The notes under the pieces: generated by a model
What the model was told of the DNA's origin: nothing
The model's database searches: none
What the model saw: the letters and a program-made list of their open reading frames with translations, nothing else
In this document: one piece after another, positions 6,098 through 11,618 of the stretch
Layout of the letters: the number at the start of each line of letters is the position of its first letter
Position numbering within the stretch: position 1 is the stretch's first letter
Program-made: the position numbers and the translations under genes
Origin: Calditrichaceae bacterium
GTDB taxonomy: Bacteria > Calditrichota > Calditrichia > Calditrichales > JBFXGD01
Length of the DNA: 11,618 nucleotides
Assembly: GCA_050178385.1 (NCBI GenBank)
Contig: JBFXGD010000113.1
Coordinates: forward strand, 1-11,618
Reading direction: 5' to 3'

Positions 6098-7360
6098 ATG
6101 AAGAAGAAAATGATAGTCGGTTCGGCAGCTCTGATAATCGTCGTTATTATATATATCATTATTAACGGTTCAATTGGAACCGGCAATAAAACCGAATTTC
6201 AAACAGGTGAGATAAAAAGGGGTGATGTGGAAAATACCATTTCGAGCAGCGGTACGCTAAGCCCTGTAACGACGGTGGAGGTGGGAACTCAGGTTTCCGG
6301 CACCATCGCGAAAGTGTATGCGGATTTTAATGATGAGGTTAGAAAAGGTCAGCTGCTTGCGGTTTTGGATACGGTCTTATTGAAATCAACCGTGCTTGAT
6401 GCCGAAGCTAATTTGGAAAAGGCTGAAGCTTTGCTTGAGGAAGCCCGGTCAAACTATGACCGGAATCTGCCCCTATATGAAAAAAACTTAATTTCGGAGG
6501 CGGAGTTTTTGCCTTACCGTATTAGCGTTAAAACACAAGCCGCTAATCTGAAATCAGCCAACGCGTCCATGCAGAGGGCAGAACGTAATTTAAAATACGC
6601 CGTTATACAATCGCCCATTTCCGGAACGGTGATTCAGAGAAATGTTGAGGAAGGACAAACGGTGGCCTCGAGCTTTTCAACTCCAACGCTGTTTGTCATC
6701 GCTGAGGATTTGTCTCAAATGGAAATTCTCGCCGAAGTGGACGAGAGCGATATTGGATTGATTAAGGAAGGTCAGCCGGCCCGTTTTGATGTGCAGTCTT
6801 ATTCAGAAAAAATTTTTACGGGTATCGTTAAACAGGTTCGGCTGCAACCGACGGTAGTCTCAAATGTGGTGACATATACAGTAGTTGTAGAAGCCGGCAA
6901 CAAGGAGAATCTGCTTCTGCCGGGAATGACGGCAACCGTCGATTTTATCATCGAAAAAAAGGAGAACGTGCTCCTGGTTCCCAACACAGCTCTCCGTTTT
7001 CAGCCGGATGACAAATTACTCGCCGATTTCAGAGAGAGCAGACAAAAACTCATGGAATCGCTCCCGGATTCTGTTAAGCAAAAGAGGAGAGCGATGGGTG
7101 GCGGATTCGGCAGCGGAAAACGGTCTGGGGTTTCAAAAGACAGCTTTAAACAGGTGTGGTATCTTGATAATGGGAAACTGAGCATGGAACCGATAGAAAC
7201 AGGGATTTCGGACGGAACCAATACTGAGATTATCAAATCCCGGACTCTTACGGAAGGCAGAGAGGTGATTACAGGAACAGTTGTTCCGGGAAGCGGTCAG
7301 AATACATCTGCAAACAGTTCACAGACTTCAATGAGACCGGGCGGACCACCGCCATTTTAA
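6098..7360 (+). CDS. MacA-like periplasmic adaptor (membrane fusion protein)
   Basis: N-terminal TM anchor; VEVGTQVSGTI...ADFND.V.KGQLLA.LD; coiled-coil hairpin; I.SPISGTVI.RNVEEGQTVASSFSTPTLF.IA; VDESDIG; LLPGMTA. ATG 6098 after GGAG (6087-6090). Confidence 0.93.
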   Translation: MKKKMIVGSAALIIVVIIYIIINGSIGTGNKTEFQTGEIKRGDVENTISSSGTLSPVTTVEVGTQVSGTIAKVYADFNDEVRKGQLLAVLDTVLLKSTVLDAEANLEKAEALLEEARSNYDRNLPLYEKNLISEAEFLPYRISVKTQAANLKSANASMQRAERNLKYAVIQSPISGTVIQRNVEEGQTVASSFSTPTLFVIAEDLSQMEILAEVDESDIGLIKEGQPARFDVQSYSEKIFTGIVKQVRLQPTVVSNVVTYTVVVEAGNKENLLLPGMTATVDFIIEKKENVLLVPNTALRFQPDDKLLADFRESRQKLMESLPDSVKQKRRAMGGGFGSGKRSGVSKDSFKQVWYLDNGKLSMEPIETGISDGTNTEIIKSRTLTEGREVITGTVVPGSGQNTSANSSQTSMRPGGPPPF

Positions 7361-7432
7361 TAAAATTGTATTCAGGAAATTTAAATAATAGAGATTCAGA
7401 AAAAACAGAATCCGAAAATCAGGTATAAATAT

Positions 7433-8221
7433 ATGAATATAGTAATTCAGACAAAAAATCTGACCAAAACTTTTACGATGGGAGATGTAAAAGTCCACGC
7501 TCTGCGCGGAGTGGATTTGAAAGTGGAAGAAGGAGAATTTATTGCTATTATGGGATCGTCAGGTTCGGGAAAATCTACCCTGATGAATCTGATAGGATGT
7601 CTGGACGTTTCTACCGCCGGTGAGTATTATCTTGACGGAAAACTGGTGAATGTGATGAGCAAAAATGAATACGCTGACATCAGGAATCAGAAGATAGGAT
7701 TTGTTTTCCAGGGTTTTAATCTTCTTGCCCGGACAAACGCGCTCGAAAATGTGGAGCTCCCTTTGTTTTATGACCGTACGCGCCGCATCAGGGATCCTAA
7801 AAAAGCTGCTCTTGACGCGCTGGCGCGGGTGGGGTTATCTGACCGGGTGTACCACGAGCCAAATCAGCTTTCCGGCGGGCAGCAGCAGCGGGTTGCTATC
7901 GCCAGAGCGCTGGTAAATCGCCCCGCTATTGTTCTGGCTGATGAGCCGACCGGTAATCTCGATACACGCACGTCCATAGATGTCATTTCTGTCTTTCAGG
8001 AGCTTAATGATCAGGGTATCACCATTTTGTTGGTGACACATGAAGCGGATATCGCTTTGTATGCTAAACGGATCGTGCAATTACGTGACGGTAAAATTTT
8101 AGACGACGTGAAAGTTGAGAAAAGACGAAACGCGAAAGCAGACATCGGGAACTACCAAAGTACAGATGATATTACCAATGGGCAGACAGATGATTTTTTC
8201 CGCAATATGAATAAGGACTAA
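7433..8221 (+). CDS. ABC transporter ATP-binding protein, MacB/LolD family
   Basis: Walker [10 protein letters not shown]-loop [10 protein letters not shown], signature LSGGQQQR, Walker B/D-loop [13 protein letters not shown]-loop VTHE. Confidence 0.96.
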   Translation: MNIVIQTKNLTKTFTMGDVKVHALRGVDLKVEEGEFIAIMGSSGSGKSTLMNLIGCLDVSTAGEYYLDGKLVNVMSKNEYADIRNQKIGFVFQGFNLLARTNALENVELPLFYDRTRRIRDPKKAALDALARVGLSDRVYHEPNQLSGGQQQRVAIARALVNRPAIVLADEPTGNLDTRTSIDVISVFQELNDQGITILLVTHEADIALYAKRIVQLRDGKILDDVKVEKRRNAKADIGNYQSTDDITNGQTDDFFRNMNKD

Positions 8222-8226
8222 TCACT

Positions 8227-9447
8227 ATGTTTCAAATAAGCAATTTAATAAGAGCAGCTTTCAGGAGCCTTTTGAAAAACAGGACACGAAGTCTGCTTAC
8301 GTCCCTGGGTATCATCATCGGTGTTGGCGCGGTTATCGTCATGGTCGCCATAGGTGAAGGTTCACAGGCAACCATTGAGCAGGGTATTGAGTCTCTCGGG
8401 ACAAATCTGATCATTGTTTACCCCGGTGTCAGTCAGTCAGGCGGTGTAAGCAGGGGCGCCGGTAGTTTTAACCGCTTCACATTCGATGATATTGATAAAC
8501 TCAAAAAAGAATCAACACTGCTAAGCGCGGTATCGCCTGTGGTACGTACAGGCTCACAGATCATTGGCGGTCAGGGTAACTGGTTTACCACGACCTACGG
8601 TGTATCAACAGATTATTTTTCTATCAGATCGTGGCAGATCGAATATGGCAGTTTTTTCACTGAACGGGACATCCGCGCCCAAAAGAAAGTGGCTATTCTT
8701 GGGAAAACAATCGCGGATCAGCTTTTTCCGAATCAGGATCCCACAGGAGAAAAAATCAGAATTCGGAACACACCGTTTACGGTAATCGGTGTGCTGAAGG
8801 AGAAAGGGCAGAGCGCATTGGGCACTGATCAGGACGATCTAATTCTCGCGCCGTCAACAACAGTGCTTTACCGGCTGAAAGGCAGACGTTGGGTAGATAT
8901 GATCAACGCCAGCGCATTATCCACCGAACGGATCAAGGAAGCGGAAGCCGAAATGAGAATTCTTCTGCGTGAGTCTCACCGGATCAGTGAAGGGGACGGA
9001 GATGATTTTACAATTCGCGATCAGGCGGAAATAACCGAGACCGCATCCGAAACATCCCGTGTGATGACCCTGCTTTTAGGTTCCATCGCGGCGGTCTCAC
9101 TTCTTGTTGGCGGTATTGGAATCATGAATATTATGCTGGTGTCGGTGACCGAAAGAACCCGTGAGATCGGAATCCGTTTATCGGTCGGAGCCCGGGAATC
9201 TGATGTGATGGCTCAATTTCTCACTGAAGCGATAGTTTTGAGTCTTTCCGGCGGTATTATAGGCATTATGCTTTCCTTTGCCATCATCTATATCATGAAT
9301 GAATTTACCACACTGTACGCGCTGGTAAATCCCGAAATTATTATGATTTCATTCCTGTTCTCCGGCGCGGTAGGGATATTTTTTGGATTTTATCCGGCGC
9401 GCAAAGCGGCCTCACTGAATCCCATAGACGCGTTAAGGTATGAGTGA
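8227..9447 (+). CDS. MacB-family ABC transporter permease (MacB periplasmic core + FtsX domain)
   Basis: RSLLTSLGIIIGVGAVIVMVAIGEG (TM1), a large periplasmic domain, IAAVSLLVGGIGIMNIMLVSVTERTREIGIR, QFLTEA, FFGFYPARKAASLNPIDALRYE. Confidence 0.96.
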   Translation: MFQISNLIRAAFRSLLKNRTRSLLTSLGIIIGVGAVIVMVAIGEGSQATIEQGIESLGTNLIIVYPGVSQSGGVSRGAGSFNRFTFDDIDKLKKESTLLSAVSPVVRTGSQIIGGQGNWFTTTYGVSTDYFSIRSWQIEYGSFFTERDIRAQKKVAILGKTIADQLFPNQDPTGEKIRIRNTPFTVIGVLKEKGQSALGTDQDDLILAPSTTVLYRLKGRRWVDMINASALSTERIKEAEAEMRILLRESHRISEGDGDDFTIRDQAEITETASETSRVMTLLLGSIAAVSLLVGGIGIMNIMLVSVTERTREIGIRLSVGARESDVMAQFLTEAIVLSLSGGIIGIMLSFAIIYIMNEFTTLYALVNPEIIMISFLFSGAVGIFFGFYPARKAASLNPIDALRYE

Positions 9448-9510
9448 TTTGTAAATAAAATTCTTAGATAAAATGTTCAGAATAATCGTTTAGACTTTAT
9501 AATTTATTTT

Positions 9511-9536
9511 GGCGGCCCCGAGCCGCCTTATTTATT
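9511..9536 (+). terminator. Putative intrinsic terminator of the efflux operon
   Basis: Stem GGCGGC (9511-9516) / GCCGCC (9522-9527), 5-nt loop, then TTATTTATT; 63 bp after the permease stop. Confidence 0.6.
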
Positions 9537-9719
9537 GATGTACTTAATATTGCTGCTGTTAAAAAAAAAATTCCATATCATTTTTTTCTGATCACATAGT
9601 ATATTCGCTTCAGGATGTCCGGTTGATGTAAATCCGGTCACTATATTTCAATTTATAAATTTAATCTATTTTATGTTAGAATAGCAGACACGCAATGGTT
9701 CTGAACTCTCTTTTTAAAA

Positions 9720-9735
9720 ATAATGCCGGCATTAT
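9720..9735. promoter_or_regulatory. Perfect 16-bp palindrome ATAATGCCGGCATTAT, candidate operator
   Basis: Self-complementary over 16 bp with no spacer; ends 44 bp upstream of ATG 9780. Confidence 0.45.
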
Positions 9736-9779
9736 ATTGGTGATGGCGGATAACTCAATGTTTCCGGGGGACTAATTAA

Positions 9780-10439
9780 ATGAAAAAAATCAACTGGTCA
9801 AATTATGTGATTGAGCTGTTTGTCGTTATTTTTGGCGTCACTATCGCATTTATGCTGAACAGCTGGTATGAATCCAATAAGTCGCGGGAACTTGAAAAAA
9901 AATATCTGCAGGGATTCGCGGATGACATGACCAATGATTACGTAGAACTGGATTCAATAATCAGCAGCGGGGAGTTAAAAATAAACAAGGTCAACCGGCT
10001 ATTGATTCTTCTGAAACATGAACCGGTCGATAGTGATTCAGTTCTGACGATTTTCGCCGAGATGGCGATGTTTTCTCCTTTTGATCCAAACACGACAACT
10101 TATGAATCGATAAAAAGCAGCGGAAATTTGGGAGTAATATCAAATTTTTACCTAAGGAGCGCATTAATCAGATACTATCAGACTCTAAATGAGAAAAAAT
10201 ACATTGATGAAATTTTCAGTTCATATCTGAATGATTTTATCATTCCTTTTGCTCTAAAAAATATTGATTTTGTGGAAAACCAGTTTGTCAGTGAATCGGT
10301 TTTTCGGGATTATAAATTCAGAAATCTGACAATCGGATATATCCGACTCATTGACCAAAATACTCAATTCTATAAGAGGTTATACAAGGTCAATTCTGAT
10401 GTAAAAGTATTATTAACCAAATATCTGGAGGACATATAG
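9780..10439 (+). CDS. DUF6090-like membrane-anchored hypothetical protein
   Basis: YVIELFVVIFGVTIAF.LNSW.E......EKKYL.....D...D (single N-terminal TM helix plus coiled coil) and TYESIKSSGNL.VISN..LR..L..YY, resembling DUF6090-type proteins. GGGGGA RBS. Confidence 0.7.
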   Translation: MKKINWSNYVIELFVVIFGVTIAFMLNSWYESNKSRELEKKYLQGFADDMTNDYVELDSIISSGELKINKVNRLLILLKHEPVDSDSVLTIFAEMAMFSPFDPNTTTYESIKSSGNLGVISNFYLRSALIRYYQTLNEKKYIDEIFSSYLNDFIIPFALKNIDFVENQFVSESVFRDYKFRNLTIGYIRLIDQNTQFYKRLYKVNSDVKVLLTKYLEDI

Positions 10440-10626
10440 ATTTCTAAAAAACCTGTTTTTAAGATGTCCATAAATATCGGAGCGCAGAAAAACAATCGCT
10501 CAGAAGTAATCCCGCCTTTGAACCTAATGAGAGTATAAACGGAATAATTTTATTCTGTACTTACGTTCTAAAAAACGACTCCCCGAAAAACATTCTGTTT
10601 TTAATATAAAATCCGAAAGATTCCTA

Positions 10627-11618
10627 ATGGATCTGAAATCAAGATTAGCAGCTTTTGAGGAAGAAAATCAGCATCTGCAACAGGTTGTGGAGAAAGTTAA
10701 AACGATGCTGGATAACAACCAGAGAATTTCACATATAGGGAGCTGGGAATGGAATATCCAGTCAGGGGAAGTGACATGGACAAATGAGTTGTACCGTATT
10801 CTTGGATTCAAACCGGGAGAAATTAAGCCGGATTACGATACCGCGATCTCATTTATTCACCCGGATGACAAACAATTCGCTGAAACATTAATTCAAAAAG
10901 CCATCGATGAAGGGAAAATATATCAGGTGGAAAATCGCCTTATCCGAAAAGACGGTTCCATCGGTTATGTGATTTCTAAAGGTACTGTTATCATTGATAA
11001 AAATAAGAATGCGGTTTCAATGGCGGGTACAATTCAGGATGTAACTGACAGAAAGATGCTTGAGGCCAGGATTCAAAACGCGCAAAAGCTTGAAAGTCTG
11101 GGAGTGATCGCCGGCGGGATCGCTCATGATTTTAATAATCTCCTGGCGATAGTCATCGGAAATGCCGAACTCGCGCAAATGCACCAACCTGCCGAATCGA
11201 AAGCACAGCATTTCATAAATACCATCATTGCCAGCGCTCACCGCGGAGCTGATCTATGTGATCAAATGTTTGCCTACGCGGGTAAACAAACCGTAGGGAA
11301 GGTGCCAACTGATCTTAATAAAATTATAACCGAAATGGTCCATTTGCTTGATGTTTCTATCCTGAAAACCGAAATAATTTATGAACTCGAACCCAAGTTG
11401 CCATCAATCGAAGCCAACATGGCTCAGATTCGGCAGGTCATTATGAATCTAATAACCAACGCGTCAGAATCGTTTGGGGACAGAAAAGGTAAGATACGAA
11501 TAAAGACAGGACTGAGGTGGTTCAATGATGATTATTTTGTGAATACATTTATTGATAATAAACTGACCGCGGGAGAGTATGTTTTTCTTGAAGTGATCGA
11601 CACCGGAAGCGGTATTTC
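10627..11618 (+). CDS. Cytoplasmic PAS-domain sensor histidine kinase (CckA/NtrB-like), truncated by the window edge
   Basis: Manual translation, open to the window end: MDLKSRLAAFEEENQHL..., PAS_3/PAC (HIGSWEWNIQSGEVTWTNELYRILG...IHPDD...RLIRKDGS...GTIQDVTDRK), H-box QKLESLGVIAGGIAHDFNNLL, N-box QIRQVIMNLITNASES, G1 LEVIDTGSGI. No TM segment. Absent from the ORF track because there is no stop in the window. Confidence 0.95.
   Translation, partial: MDLKSRLAAFEEENQHLQQVVEKVKTMLDNNQRISHIGSWEWNIQSGEVTWTNELYRILGFKPGEIKPDYDTAISFIHPDDKQFAETLIQKAIDEGKIYQVENRLIRKDGSIGYVISKGTVIIDKNKNAVSMAGTIQDVTDRKMLEARIQNAQKLESLGVIAGGIAHDFNNLLAIVIGNAELAQMHQPAESKAQHFINTIIASAHRGADLCDQMFAYAGKQTVGKVPTDLNKIITEMVHLLDVSILKTEIIYELEPKLPSIEANMAQIRQVIMNLITNASESFGDRKGKIRIKTGLRWFNDDYFVNTFIDNKLTAGEYVFLEVIDTGSGI

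Noticed and set aside
9561..9587. A10 tract and following T7 tract as a phase-variation switch or hairpin
   Set aside because: Intergenic, not demonstrably within a promoter spacer, an A/T-only stem, and no length-variation data.
10442..10604. Repeated TTCTAAAAAAC / CTGTTTTTAA words and a GAGCG/CGCTC stem as a riboswitch upstream of the kinase
   Set aside because: Low-complexity short matches, with no recognisable riboswitch consensus such as the c-di-GMP GEMM motif.
1078..11241. Antisense and alternate-frame ORFs in the track (e.g. 1078-1332, 2054-2398, 2151-2588, 5677-5964, 7000-7236, 7701-7916, 11017-11241)
   Set aside because: All overlap well-supported + strand genes and show no recognisable motifs; they are shadow ORFs.

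Overview
Bacterial chromosomal window, about 43% GC by eye, with all credible genes on the + strand. Gram-negative organisation (TolC), canonical Shine-Dalgarno use and a probable T9SS-type C-terminal tail tentatively suggest an FCB-group lineage such as Calditrichota/KSB1 (inference). In order: (1) the last 17 codons of an upstream, probably secreted protein and its intrinsic terminator; (2) an unexplained intergenic array of ten degenerate 21-bp tandem repeats (193-402), 34 bp upstream of a near-consensus sigma70 promoter; (3) a five-gene cluster: MOSC/YcbX-like protein, YdbC/DUF4937-like tandem ABM protein, SDR, YhbS-like GNAT and DUF488/YeaO; (4) an operon of a tandem-duplicated Spy/CpxP-like periplasmic protein, TolC, a MacA-like adaptor and a split MacB-type ABC transporter, preceded by a GTTAC-N5-GTTAC direct repeat and followed by a terminator-like hairpin; (5) a DUF6090-like membrane-anchored protein preceded by a perfect 16-bp palindrome; (6) a soluble PAS-histidine kinase running off the right edge, missing from the ORF track. 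The best candidate for something undescribed is the 21-bp array, whose units also read as SD-7nt-ATG-ACC-NNN-TAG minigenes and are GGA-rich. Its function cannot be established from this window. Family assignments come from motif recognition, not database searches.
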